DNA of 52,140 nucleotides from Desulfurococcales archaeon (lineage in GTDB: Archaea > Thermoproteota > Thermoprotei_A > Sulfolobales > Desulfurococcaceae), in NCBI GenBank assembly GCA_027064845.1, contig JAMOPC010000159.1, positions 1-52,140 on the forward strand. The letters run 5' to 3'. Position numbers and translations under genes: made by a program. Below the pieces are notes generated by a model. The model was given only the letters and a program-made list of their open reading frames with translations. It made no database searches and was not told the origin of the DNA. This document shows, piece by piece, positions 8,724-18,278 of the stretch. Position 1 is the first letter of the stretch. Each line of letters begins with the position of its first letter.

Positions 8724-10211
8724 TCATATATAAGTTTTTCTATTATCTTCTTTTCTAACTAATAATATTTCTAGAAAAGCGCCCCAAACTGCCCAGTATA
8801 ACGAGTACCATTCATGCAATATTTTTGATATTTTTGCTTTATCAGCTACAATATATGTTGTAGTTAGCATTAAAAACACATAGACTAGTGGAGCGAACTG
8901 TACACTGTAAAAACTATATTGTGTTCTACCACCAATAATCCATAAAAGCAAATAACCTGTAAATACGCCTATTAGGAATAACCAGGAATAAGCATACTTC
9001 TTATCAAATCTATAGGCGGGACTCAATATGATCGAATACGATAAAGCAATTGACCAGAGAGGCCAGAAACCTAGTGCTACCAATTTCTTGTTATTATTTA
9101 GATAATACAAGACAAAACCGTTATTCCCTATAAACCAGTCCCATGGTGCAGAGCTGATGGGGCATCCTGCACCGGTGCATTTTATAGAGGTATGCCATTT
9201 AATAGAGCCTATTACTGCCTGATTAAACCATGAGTTGAATCCTAAGTGAGTAATTAAAGGTATAGATATGATTGATTGAATAAGTATGAAACCGATTACT
9301 GTTAACAAAAAGTATCTTGTTGTATAGTATATGAAATTTACAATACTGGTATTCTCTTTTAGCTTGTCTCTAATATATAGTAAAAATAATGGTACCAATA
9401 CAAATAATGTGTTGAACTTAAATCCTGAACCAATTAATGCTGATAAAAGTGCTTCTTTATGTTTCTTCGATATAGCAAAATATAGGGAAAGAATAGTAAA
9501 GAGAGCGACATAAATATCTAATAGAGCTATACTGGATAATGCTCTCATAATCGGATCTACTGCAGTAAATAGACAACCTATGATAGCTAATAAATAATTC
9601 TTACTTAATTTAAACAACACTATGAAAGTAAACAATACTATCAACATACCAGTGATTATTGACGGTATTCTCCAATAAAGAGGATAATCACTAAAAACTA
9701 GAATGGATAGAGCAATTAAGTATTTTCCGAGAGGTGGGTGTTCTAGATTAAGGTAGTGATCTATATTAGCAGCATCAGGGATTCTCCAACCATAAACAAC
9801 ATCTTTAATTTCCACTTGGTTCTTTAGTTCATTAATGAAATCTTGTATGTTCTCTTGATTACTGGATTCTATGTAGAAGGCCTTTATTTCTGAATAAGAG
9901 TTGTCTACGATAGATATATTGTATTTTGAAGCGAGGTGTTCTAAAGCTTTCCAATCCAATTTGCCGTCATATATTATGCTCGCACCATAACGATTACTGG
10001 GGAGCACTGGTCTTATATGGAATACTTTTTCGAGAATGTTTCTAGCCGAGGAAACATACCAAACTTCATCTGATACATAACCTTTCCCGTTTCTCTCTTC
10101 TTCAAGCTTTGTGAGTAATAAAGCAGTAGAATAATATTGAAACCCTGTAAATACAATAATCGAAGCAATAATAACAATTACTATTATTTTATTGCGTTTC
10201 CCCTTATTCAT
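8724..10211 (-). CDS. Dolichyl-phosphate-mannose-protein mannosyltransferase-like (GT39, GT-C fold)
   Basis: DEVWY after TM1, EHPPLGK, LLDIY, SSAPWDW motifs; many TM segments. Confidence 0.85.
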   Translation of the reverse strand: MNKGKRNKIIVIVIIASIIVFTGFQYYSTALLLTKLEEERNGKGYVSDEVWYVSSARNILEKVFHIRPVLPSNRYGASIIYDGKLDWKALEHLASKYNISIVDNSYSEIKAFYIESSNQENIQDFINELKNQVEIKDVVYGWRIPDAANIDHYLNLEHPPLGKYLIALSILVFSDYPLYWRIPSIITGMLIVLFTFIVLFKLSKNYLLAIIGCLFTAVDPIMRALSSIALLDIYVALFTILSLYFAISKKHKEALLSALIGSGFKFNTLFVLVPLFLLYIRDKLKENTSIVNFIYYTTRYFLLTVIGFILIQSIISIPLITHLGFNSWFNQAVIGSIKWHTSIKCTGAGCPISSAPWDWFIGNNGFVLYYLNNNKKLVALGFWPLWSIALSYSIILSPAYRFDKKYAYSWLFLIGVFTGYLLLWIIGGRTQYSFYSVQFAPLVYVFLMLTTTYIVADKAKISKILHEWYSLYWAVWGAFLEILLVRKEDNRKTYI

Positions 10212-10296
10212 CCTTGATCATCGTTGAAGCTATATTTTGTTCATTAATTAATATATAGCATAACAATGGAGTTATTAGTGTAGCGGGAGTGATATA

Positions 10297-11673
10297 TTGG
10301 CTGCTAATTTAAAGAAGTTAAGCATTATACTTGGATTTTTGGTAGTAATTGTTTCTTTCATAATACATATGCCTCTAGAAATGCAGGAACTATTGTTTGG
10401 TAAGACTGTTTTCGAGAATGTTGTTTATAGTGATATTTTGGGAGTTTATCGTGGAGTGTTTATGAATAAAGATGTCTGTGAAAATGTATTAATGAATAAA
10501 ACAGTAGAAATTTATCCCTGGTTAAGAATCGATTCATTTAAAAGCTTTTGTATTAATAAGAGTTTTCTCCCAATTCTGTATATAGATTATTATTTGAAAA
10601 CGCCTCCTCTGTCGAGTTTTTTGTTTTGGTTAATAACTATTGTTGAGTATGCTATTGGATACTTTATCGGTTTAAGTATTCATAACGTGTTTTCTACAAT
10701 TAATGGTTTATCGATTTTTTACATTACATACAGTTTGTTGATGAGCCTGTTTTACTTCTTGACTATAAGGGTTTATAGGAAAATACTTGTGCTGATAAAT
10801 TATCGTGGTATTTTTGCGTTTTTCTCATTTATGTTCTTGTCGTTTATTGTTTACCTAATATATAGTTGGGAAATAGTATTTCTTTACGTTGTTCTTTTAA
10901 GTATTAAAAGAATGCTTGAACAGAAATTTGATATTTTAACTTATCTATTATTAGGGCTAAGTGCTTCTATTAACTATATTGGATGGATAATTGTTGTTTA
11001 TCTATTATACGCGTTCTTAACTAGTAGAAAACCTGACATGAATATTGTTAAGGGTTTAGCTATTGGGCTTCTACCTTATCTTATCGTGTTAATTGTTAAT
11101 CCTATTTATTTATCTGAAACATTTAATTACTTTGTTTCTTCGAGTTATTGTAATAATTGTATCTATTTATTAACAACAATTGATCCGTGGAGCCAATATA
11201 TGAGGGCTATAGCATTCATAGTTGTAGTAAGTGTACTTACAATTATTTTTCCTTTCTTAGATATAAGATTGCGTCCAGTTGAAGTAGTTTCTATTTTATT
11301 AGTTATATCAATAACATTATCTCTTGAATTTCCACCTCAAAGCTTTATATTGATTGCACCATTACTATCTATCTATCTATATCATCGTAAGGAGAAATTT
11401 TCAATAATTATTGCTGATTTATTGAATGCTCTAATAATAATTTTATGGTTTAAAGACCTAGAGCTACGTAAATTATTTGGATTCTTGGATTTACCTATTA
11501 AGTACTCTCCACAAACGCTTGACTCTCCTGTACAATTAATAGCTCAGACTAGGAACATGATCCTTATAATAATTTTCATAATTATCATACATAGATTAAT
11601 GAAGAATAATTTTAATAAAGACTTAGAAATTGAGAATATTTATGAAAAACACCTAAGTGCCGGGGTCGCCTAG
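10297..11673 (+). CDS. Polytopic membrane protein, probable GT-C glycosyltransferase (GT87/DUF2029-like)
   Basis: 'YSDI' after TM1, later 'YYLKTPPL', 'PPQ' motif, about 11 hydrophobic segments; stop codon lies inside the tRNA-Ser gene. Confidence 0.6.
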   Translation: MAANLKKLSIILGFLVVIVSFIIHMPLEMQELLFGKTVFENVVYSDILGVYRGVFMNKDVCENVLMNKTVEIYPWLRIDSFKSFCINKSFLPILYIDYYLKTPPLSSFLFWLITIVEYAIGYFIGLSIHNVFSTINGLSIFYITYSLLMSLFYFLTIRVYRKILVLINYRGIFAFFSFMFLSFIVYLIYSWEIVFLYVVLLSIKRMLEQKFDILTYLLLGLSASINYIGWIIVVYLLYAFLTSRKPDMNIVKGLAIGLLPYLIVLIVNPIYLSETFNYFVSSSYCNNCIYLLTTIDPWSQYMRAIAFIVVVSVLTIIFPFLDIRLRPVEVVSILLVISITLSLEFPPQSFILIAPLLSIYLYHRKEKFSIIIADLLNALIIILWFKDLELRKLFGFLDLPIKYSPQTLDSPVQLIAQTRNMILIIIFIIIIHRLMKNNFNKDLEIENIYEKHLSAGVA

Positions 11674-11764
11674 CCTGGTAGGGCGCCGGCCTGCTAAGCC
11701 CAAAGAAACAGCACGGACAGCCGGTGGGGGATTCCCCGCGCGGGTTCAAATCCCGCCCCCGGCG
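11659..11764 (+). tRNA. tRNA-Ser(GCT) with 22-nt intron (11697-11718) at 37/38
   Basis: Cloverleaf with CCGGC/GCCGG anticodon stem, GCT at 11693-11695, long variable arm GGGG-ATT-CCCC, G discriminator. Confidence 0.93.
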
Positions 11765-11839
11765 CTTCTTTCTATTTTTATTCCAAAATAGAAATGTAAA
11801 GAAACATAATTATTTCAATATAAGTGAATATTATATTCG

Positions 11840-12667
11840 GTGAACAATTTGATCGACATTCTTAACTTATTGAAAGATAAGAGTGAACAAGAAATATATC
11901 AGTTATTATTAAGAAACTATATCGCACCAGACTTCGATCATGCCTTTGAAAAATCAAAAGTAGTTCTATGTGTTTCTCCGCATCCAGATGATTGTGATGT
12001 AGGTGTTGGTGGTTTAATAGCTAAGTACTCTGGCAATGTGGAAACATACTATGTTATCGTAACAGATGGATCTAAGGGGACTAAACGTAAAGATATGGAT
12101 CCACATGAGCTAGCCATTATAAGGAAGAAGGAACAAGAAGAAGCAGCTAAAATACTGGGTGTCAAGGAAATATTTTGGCTAGGTTATGTTGATGGTGAAA
12201 TTGATTATCGTGATTATCGTCGTATAATGCTTGATTTAATACATATATATCGTCTCATAAAACCAGATATAGTGTTAACACCGGATCCTTCATTACCTTA
12301 TGAAGCACACTTAGACCATATTATTGTGGGGAAAGCAACATCATCTGCAGCAATATTCTCTGGAATGCCTTTGTTTAACAAACTAGACCAAGTCTCAGGA
12401 CTAGAACCTCATCGCGTAAAATATGTTGGGTACTACTATACATCTAAACCTAACTATTATGTAGATATTACAAGCGTTATTGATAAGAAATTAGAAGCAT
12501 TGAAGAAGCACGTGTCACAATTTGGAGACTCATGGAATTATATTGAAACACTTATACGGGTGCTAAGCTTTGTCTATGGAAGAAAGATTGGAGTACAATA
12601 TGGTGAAGCAATCAAGCTGGTTCCAACACTTCTGTTGCATGCAGTACCTTTTACAGAATACATATAG
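11840..12667 (+). CDS. PIG-L family de-N-acetylase (diacetylchitobiose deacetylase-like)
   Basis: SPHPDD, TDGSKG, R..EQ..AA..LG, PYEAHLDH, KKLEAL..H.SQF. Confidence 0.88.
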   Translation: MNNLIDILNLLKDKSEQEIYQLLLRNYIAPDFDHAFEKSKVVLCVSPHPDDCDVGVGGLIAKYSGNVETYYVIVTDGSKGTKRKDMDPHELAIIRKKEQEEAAKILGVKEIFWLGYVDGEIDYRDYRRIMLDLIHIYRLIKPDIVLTPDPSLPYEAHLDHIIVGKATSSAAIFSGMPLFNKLDQVSGLEPHRVKYVGYYYTSKPNYYVDITSVIDKKLEALKKHVSQFGDSWNYIETLIRVLSFVYGRKIGVQYGEAIKLVPTLLLHAVPFTEYI

Positions 12668-12694
12668 TGTCGGTGTCTAGCGTAGAATATTTAG

Positions 12695-12819
12695 TGGTGC
12701 GGGGGGTGGGATTTGAACCCACGCAGGCCTACGCCAGCGGATCTCCCCTCGGCGGTTAATAGTCGGTTGTCCCGCCGGTCTTAAGTCCGCCCCCTTTGAC
12801 CAGGCTCGGGCACCCCCGC
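12695..12819 (-). tRNA. tRNA-Leu(TAA) with 37-nt intron (12743-12779), CCA encoded
   Basis: GCGGGGG acceptor, GCGGA/TCCGC anticodon stem, TAA anticodon, type II variable arm, ends ACCA. Confidence 0.93.
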
Positions 12820-12883
12820 ACCGATAGATTATTTTGTATATATACTGCTTAAAATCATTACTTCTGATCACTTATTAGGGTTT

Positions 12884-12935
12884 TCAGTTCGTCGCGAGTT
12901 CTTCATCGAAATCGTTCTTGGAGCGGCCTCATCAT
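12884..12935 (-). ncRNA. Box C/D guide sRNA
   Basis: Minus strand: C ATGATGA - GGCCGCTCCAAGA - D' ACGA - TTTCG - C' ATGAAGA - ACTCGCGACGAA - D CTGA. Confidence 0.8.
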
Positions 12936-12967
12936 CTAATGATAAGATTTTTTAGAAGGCTTAAAAT

Positions 12968-13486
12968 TTATTTTTGAAGATCCTTTCTGAGCGAGTAAAG
13001 TAATTTTCTCGCTTTTTTAATTGTGCCAGTAGTTTTCAATGGCACTAATAAGCAATCAGCTTCCCCGATCTTTTTTATCGTGCTCATTAAGGCTATTAAT
13101 TCATCCTTATACAAGTGTGCAACTCTAATTACCCCTCTCTTAACTGAGGGATCATAATATATTAGCTGAGGATCAGCTTTAATTAGAGATTTTTCCCCGA
13201 AGAATCTAACCCAGTTCGCTCTGATAGCTTCCTCTAAGGATTTTTTCTCGATTTTTTGTTCTGTTAGTATAGCAAATACTACGTATCGTTTTCTTAATTT
13301 CTTTTTCTCGGTTTTTTCTTCTACTTTCTGTCTTAAGATTTTTTTCAACTCGTTAGTTTCTTTTTTTAGGAATACTATTTTTCTTCTTAACTCCCTAATT
13401 CTTGTCGTTAGATATAGTATTGTTGCTACACATACTATTACCAAGAAAATATATACAATGTATGGAGTCATCTCTGCAAACGTCAT
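12968..13486 (-). CDS. rnp2: RNase P protein Pop5/Rpp14 with N-terminal TM helix and coiled coil
   Basis: RKRYVVF...GVIRV...TTGTIKKA Pop5 motifs; overlaps the rnp3 stop by 4 nt. Confidence 0.88.
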   Translation of the reverse strand: MTFAEMTPYIVYIFLVIVCVATILYLTTRIRELRRKIVFLKKETNELKKILRQKVEEKTEKKKLRKRYVVFAILTEQKIEKKSLEEAIRANWVRFFGEKSLIKADPQLIYYDPSVKRGVIRVAHLYKDELIALMSTIKKIGEADCLLVPLKTTGTIKKARKLLYSLRKDLQK

Positions 13487-14097
13487 GGCTTAACACCATT
13501 GTAAGCTAGTATTTCAAGAGGATAGTTTGTAAGTGTTAGTAATGCTTCTTTGAGCGGTATTTCAAATAATTCTCTTAGTAAATATATCATTGATACTGGT
13601 TCATAGAGCTCATTCCATTTCTTAGACATAGATGAAACAAGTAGGGGCATATTATTATCTACATATAATTTGATTCTTCTATAGATCATCGCTTTTTTTC
13701 TCGTTGATAAACTTAGAAAAACACTTAGTGGTAGTTCCAGTGGTTTTCTATAATATTTCATAACATGTATTTGTGTTTTATCTATATAATAAAGAGTTTC
13801 ATCATCTATGATTATTGTATCAATTCTTTTATCATGAGCGGCCATACGTGCTACTTCGATACTTAAAGGTCTTACCCCTACGAGAACAGACCTGGTCTTA
13901 ATGCCTTCTAGTTTTTTCTTCAATTCTTTCTTTGTTTTAGCACTTACTATTATCTTATTAACAAGTAAGACATGGTTTTTCTTAATAGTTTTCTTATTCA
14001 GCCCTTCTACGCCAAGAACCCTATAGCCCAGCTTATAGGCTGTTTCGAGTAATTTATCATCTATTTTCTTTACCCATAGATCTATATAATTAATCAA
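13483..14097 (-). CDS. rnp3: RNase P protein Rpp30
   Basis: PHP-like pattern 'AYKLGY', 'ARMAAHDKRIDTI', and position between COG1325 and Pop5. Confidence 0.8.
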   Translation of the reverse strand: MINYIDLWVKKIDDKLLETAYKLGYRVLGVEGLNKKTIKKNHVLLVNKIIVSAKTKKELKKKLEGIKTRSVLVGVRPLSIEVARMAAHDKRIDTIIIDDETLYYIDKTQIHVMKYYRKPLELPLSVFLSLSTRKKAMIYRRIKLYVDNNMPLLVSSMSKKWNELYEPVSMIYLLRELFEIPLKEALLTLTNYPLEILAYNGVKP

Positions 14098-14541
14098 TTA
14101 TTTGATCAACCCCTTTTCTCTGAGAATTTCTCTTATTTTTTCAATTCTTCTAGTACCGCTTAAGTTGATTATTATCTTAATAACATCGTCTCCATCATCC
14201 AACATTATTTTTCCTCTATATGCTTCTTGCTTATTTACTCGAATATAGATCTTGTTAGTTCTTTTATCGTATCTGAGATCGAGGGAGACAGTGAGAAGAG
14301 ATTTTTCAGTGTCACTTAGTTTTTCAGCAATGTATTGTATAACTTTATCTGTTTCATCTCTAATTTTGCATTTGATAATTGTAATAGGGTTACCATAATG
14401 TCCGGGAAGAGTTTGTTTCTCGATGTATACTTTGTTTCTTTGCTCCGGGGGTAATAGGTTTAAAAGAGCAGTTATTACTTTGTTACAGTTTTCTGTAGCG
14501 TGACAATGGGTTAGAAACTCTATTTCTTTTATCTTAATCAT
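14098..14541 (-). CDS. RNA-binding protein (COG1325/DUF54)
   Basis: HATE...GHYGNPI...YIRVNKQEAY.G...DDVIKI. Confidence 0.85.
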   Translation of the reverse strand: MIKIKEIEFLTHCHATENCNKVITALLNLLPPEQRNKVYIEKQTLPGHYGNPITIIKCKIRDETDKVIQYIAEKLSDTEKSLLTVSLDLRYDKRTNKIYIRVNKQEAYRGKIMLDDGDDVIKIIINLSGTRRIEKIREILREKGLIK

Positions 14542-14546
14542 TTTTG

Positions 14547-15209
14547 TTACTCTTCAGCTTTCTTTGCAGCTATCTGCCATGGTTCTCTAGCGCCACGGCT
14601 TGCTTCATGCCTCTTTCTTTCTTCTCTTTCTTTCTGTTTCCTCTTCCACTTGTACTTGATCGTATACTTTAATCCACGGCTCTTTCTTAGTCCTCTCATT
14701 TTCTTTCCAGCACTTGTTAATCCACGGAATACTCTGCCTCTGTGTTGTTTTTCACATATCCATTTAATGTCGGGATCATTACATATTGCGGGGTGGTGAG
14801 GATCTACAAGTATTACTTCGTACCATTTATAGTTTCCATCTTCTCCTACATAGTAGCTATTAAGTACTTCTAGGTTAGGATATTTCCTAGCGGCTCTTTC
14901 TTCAGCGATTAATCTAATACTTTTTGCTGGTGCATATCCGTAAACACCCATTCTCTTAGGTCTTCTACCCTTATTTGGTCTCGGCTTTCTTAATCCTCCT
15001 TTTCTAACTCTTACCCTAACCACTACGAAGCCTGGTTTTGCTTTATAACCGAGAGCTCTGGCTCTGTCAATCCTTGTTGGTTTTTCTATTCTAATAACTG
15101 CTGGTTCTCTGCGCCATTTTATTAGTCTTTGTCTCATTAATTCTAACATTTCTCCCTCATATGGACGCTTCCATAACTGTGCTATATAGTGGTACATTCC
15201 CTTGACCAT
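14547..15209 (-). CDS. rpl15e: 50S ribosomal protein L15e
   Basis: [31 protein letters not shown]; start trimmed to MVKGMY. Confidence 0.97.
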   Translation of the reverse strand: MVKGMYHYIAQLWKRPYEGEMLELMRQRLIKWRREPAVIRIEKPTRIDRARALGYKAKPGFVVVRVRVRKGGLRKPRPNKGRRPKRMGVYGYAPAKSIRLIAEERAARKYPNLEVLNSYYVGEDGNYKWYEVILVDPHHPAICNDPDIKWICEKQHRGRVFRGLTSAGKKMRGLRKSRGLKYTIKYKWKRKQKEREERKRHEASRGAREPWQIAAKKAEE

Positions 15210-15396
15210 GGTGTACAACCTTGTATTGTTCTCTCGCCTAGAAGGTATAGACAAGAAAACTGGTTTATAAATATTAAGAGAAGAAATATATTCTTATCGT
15301 AACTAGTTTGTTTTTAATTAAGTGTAAAAGTATTAAGAATAAATGGCTTAGTGCATGACTTTGAAGAAAGCTTGATTACTTAAGGAGTGGTTAGTA

Positions 15397-16626
15397 ATGC
15401 CTCCACCAGAGAAAATAGTGGGGATTATAGGTAAGACCAATGTTGGTAAATCAACTCTTTTCGCTGCATTGACTATGGCTCCTGTCGAGATAGCTAATCA
15501 CCCGTTCACTACTATTAAACCAAATATTGGAATAGGTTATGTTAGGAAGAAATGTGTACATGTCGAATTAGGCCTAGAAAAATGTGATCCGAGAACGGGG
15601 TTCTGTATACGTGGGAACAGGTTTATTCCAGTAAAAATAATGGATGTAGCAGGCCTTATACCTGGTGCATCTCAGGGTAAGGGTTTGGGAAACAAGTTCA
15701 TGGATGATCTCAGACAAGCAGATGTGTTGATACATGTTGTGGATGCATCAGGTTCCACATCTTTAGAAGGCACTCCTGCAAAGCCAGGAACATATGATCC
15801 TGTTGAAGAAGCAATAACTATTCAGAAAGAAGTTGATGAATGGTTCAAAAGCGTTGTTAGGAAAGTATGGGAAAACAAGATCTCTAGACAGATCTACATG
15901 GTGCAAAACCCCGTTGATTATATAACTCAAAACCTCTCTGGCCTTAGTGTAAGAAAACAACATGTCGTTAAAGCAATTGAAAATGCTGGACTGGCAGACA
16001 AGAGTCCGAGAAAATGGGATATATCTGATGTTGAAAAATTTGCTGTTGAATTGAGAAGAGTTAGTAAACCAATCATTATTGCTGCTAACAAGGCTGATTT
16101 ACCATATGCTGAAGAAAACATCTTGAGATTAAAGAAAGTATTTGGAGAAGACAGGGTTATCCCCATTAGTGCGCTTGCAGAATATATTCTGAGGAAAGCT
16201 TCGCAAAATAACTACATAGAATACATACCTGGTGATCCAGATTTCAGAGTTATAGATGAAAAGAAGTTATCTCAACAACAAAAACGAGTCTTAGAAATGA
16301 TTAGAGAAAAGGTGCTGAGGAAATACGGGGGAACAGGTGTACAGAGATTATTAAATCATGCTGTATTCAACGTTTTAGATCTGATCGTTGTTTATCCTGT
16401 TGAAGACCAGAATAAATTTACTGACCACTATGGAAACATCTTGCCTGACGCATACCTCGTGCCTAGAGGAACCACTGTGAAAGAATTAGCTTATATGATT
16501 CACACAGATTTAGGCAGAACCTTCCTCTACGCGATAAATGCTAAAACAAAAGAGAGGATCGGCGAAGACTACGTATTAAGAGACAACGATGTTATTAAAA
16601 TAGTTGCTACTGCTGCTCGGAAATAG
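15397..16626 (+). CDS. ychF: Obg-family YchF-like GTPase/ATPase with TGS domain
   Basis: GKTNVGKS, PFTTI, DVAGL, NKAD, C-terminal TGS. Confidence 0.93.
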   Translation: MPPPEKIVGIIGKTNVGKSTLFAALTMAPVEIANHPFTTIKPNIGIGYVRKKCVHVELGLEKCDPRTGFCIRGNRFIPVKIMDVAGLIPGASQGKGLGNKFMDDLRQADVLIHVVDASGSTSLEGTPAKPGTYDPVEEAITIQKEVDEWFKSVVRKVWENKISRQIYMVQNPVDYITQNLSGLSVRKQHVVKAIENAGLADKSPRKWDISDVEKFAVELRRVSKPIIIAANKADLPYAEENILRLKKVFGEDRVIPISALAEYILRKASQNNYIEYIPGDPDFRVIDEKKLSQQQKRVLEMIREKVLRKYGGTGVQRLLNHAVFNVLDLIVVYPVEDQNKFTDHYGNILPDAYLVPRGTTVKELAYMIHTDLGRTFLYAINAKTKERIGEDYVLRDNDVIKIVATAARK

Positions 16627-16969
16627 TTTTTGCAAGCTTTTTCCAATATTCAACCGCTTTTCTATAATAATAGTTATCTCTTTTATGTGGACCGAAGAAC
16701 TCTAATCCCTTATTATTAATAATATTCCTTAACTCATCTGCTTCTTCTTTAGTTAGTTCTCCGTGTTTTTCAAGATAATCGACTACTTTAATTGCTTCTT
16801 CTCGTGATTTACATCTCCTTATATAGTCTATAGGACCTGGTAAATACCCTCTCCACGGATCCGGTAATGGCTTCCTAACGGTTAATACAAGATCTCCTTC
16901 AGGATTTTCAAGCAATTCCTTAGCTAGGTGCGGATACTTCTTTTTCAGTTCATCAATATTAATCTTCAT
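16607..16969 (-). CDS. DUF2095-like conserved archaeal protein
   Basis: 'LKKKYPHLAKEL...GYLPGPIDYIRRC...EEAIKVVDYLEKHGE'. Confidence 0.75.
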   Translation of the reverse strand: MKINIDELKKKYPHLAKELLENPEGDLVLTVRKPLPDPWRGYLPGPIDYIRRCKSREEAIKVVDYLEKHGELTKEEADELRNIINNKGLEFFGPHKRDNYYYRKAVEYWKKLAKTISEQQ

Positions 16970-17003
16970 ACCTTTTCCCTTACCTATAGATGCTCTACCA
17001 TGT

Positions 17004-18278
17004 TTATTCTTGGGGTAAGTTCTCTATATATCCTATCCCAAACCATCTATAGAAACTCTTAGCTGGTATATCCTTATACACCACAGCTCCTGGCGCTATC
17101 CATGAATATGATCCTATTTTTGTCCCAGGCATTAATGAGACATTTACACCCGTTTTAACATATGCTCCAACTACGGCCCCAAATTTCCTCCTACCAGTAG
17201 ACACGAGTTTGTCTTTAATATACATTTTAACTGGTTTATCATCAAATCTAAGATTAGCAGTAATAGTTCCTGCACCAAAATTCACGTGTTCACATATAAT
17301 GCTATCTCCAACATAACTTAGATGTCCGATCCTAACATTTTCCATTATAAGGCTTTCTTTTATCTCAACCGAGAACCCTATTCTGCTCCCATCGCATATT
17401 ACTGAGTAAGGTCTTATTCTTGCACAAGGACCTATTTCTGCATGTTTTCCAATATATGTTGGTCCTTCTATATACGTACCAGATCTTATATGAGTACCTT
17501 TGTCAATAACTACTTTACCTTTTATGGAGACATTTGGTTCTATATAACCATTTATTTTAGTCTCTATTTTATTCAATGCCATTTTATTTGCTTCTAGTAA
17601 GTGCCAAGGTTTTCCAATATCTATCCATCCAGACTTATCGATCTTTATGACCTTGATCATTTTGTTTTTCTTGATAATATTTGTGATTATATCGGTAAAT
17701 TCTTTCTCACCTCTAGGACTGAGAGGTATGTTTTTATTTTCTTCGATATCTCTTATCTTTAACTTGTAGATCCCAGCATTAATGATATTGCTCGGCGGCT
17801 TTAAGGGCTTCTCTATTATTCCCTGCAAGTAATTGTTTTCAATAATCAAAACCCCATAGTCTTTTGGATCGTCGATCTCTGCTCCGAGAATAGCGTTTTC
17901 CTCAACTTTCGATATTTTTTGTAATATGTCCCAGTTTTCGAGAAAAATGTCTCCGTATAATATGAGTGCTTCATCATCTAAGTCTGTATAGGAAATAGCT
18001 TTTATAACTGCATCTCCAGTGCCTAGTTCAGGGTATTGTTCTACGAATTTTATCTTGAACTTATACTTGTTCTTGATTGTGTCAATGTATTCTATAATTT
18101 TTTCTTTCATATAGCTAATGACTATGAGTACTTCATCAACATCTTCTACTCTAGATAATGCGTCTAGTTGCCACTCTATTAGAGGCTTACATAATATAGG
18201 GATTAATGGTTTAGGCCTTGTCTCGGTTATAGGTCTTAGTCTGAGACCCTTACCTGCTGCCAGTATTAGGGCTTTCAT
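17004..18278 (-). CDS. glmU: Bifunctional sugar-1-phosphate nucleotidylyltransferase/acetyltransferase
   Basis: LAAGKGLRLRPIT..RPKP plus hexapeptide beta-helix, HLSYVGDS, ANLRFD. Confidence 0.92.
   Translation of the reverse strand: MKALILAAGKGLRLRPITETRPKPLIPILCKPLIEWQLDALSRVEDVDEVLIVISYMKEKIIEYIDTIKNKYKFKIKFVEQYPELGTGDAVIKAISYTDLDDEALILYGDIFLENWDILQKISKVEENAILGAEIDDPKDYGVLIIENNYLQGIIEKPLKPPSNIINAGIYKLKIRDIEENKNIPLSPRGEKEFTDIITNIIKKNKMIKVIKIDKSGWIDIGKPWHLLEANKMALNKIETKINGYIEPNVSIKGKVVIDKGTHIRSGTYIEGPTYIGKHAEIGPCARIRPYSVICDGSRIGFSVEIKESLIMENVRIGHLSYVGDSIICEHVNFGAGTITANLRFDDKPVKMYIKDKLVSTGRRKFGAVVGAYVKTGVNVSLMPGTKIGSYSWIAPGAVVYKDIPAKSFYRWFGIGYIENLPQE

Noticed and set aside
8724..11764. AT-rich membrane genes beside tRNA-Ser as a possible integrated element
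   Set aside because: No integrase and no duplicated tRNA fragment (att site) seen; T-richness is explained by hydrophobic codons
12677..12871. 64-aa ORF on the minus strand
   Set aside because: It runs through the tRNA-Leu gene; spurious
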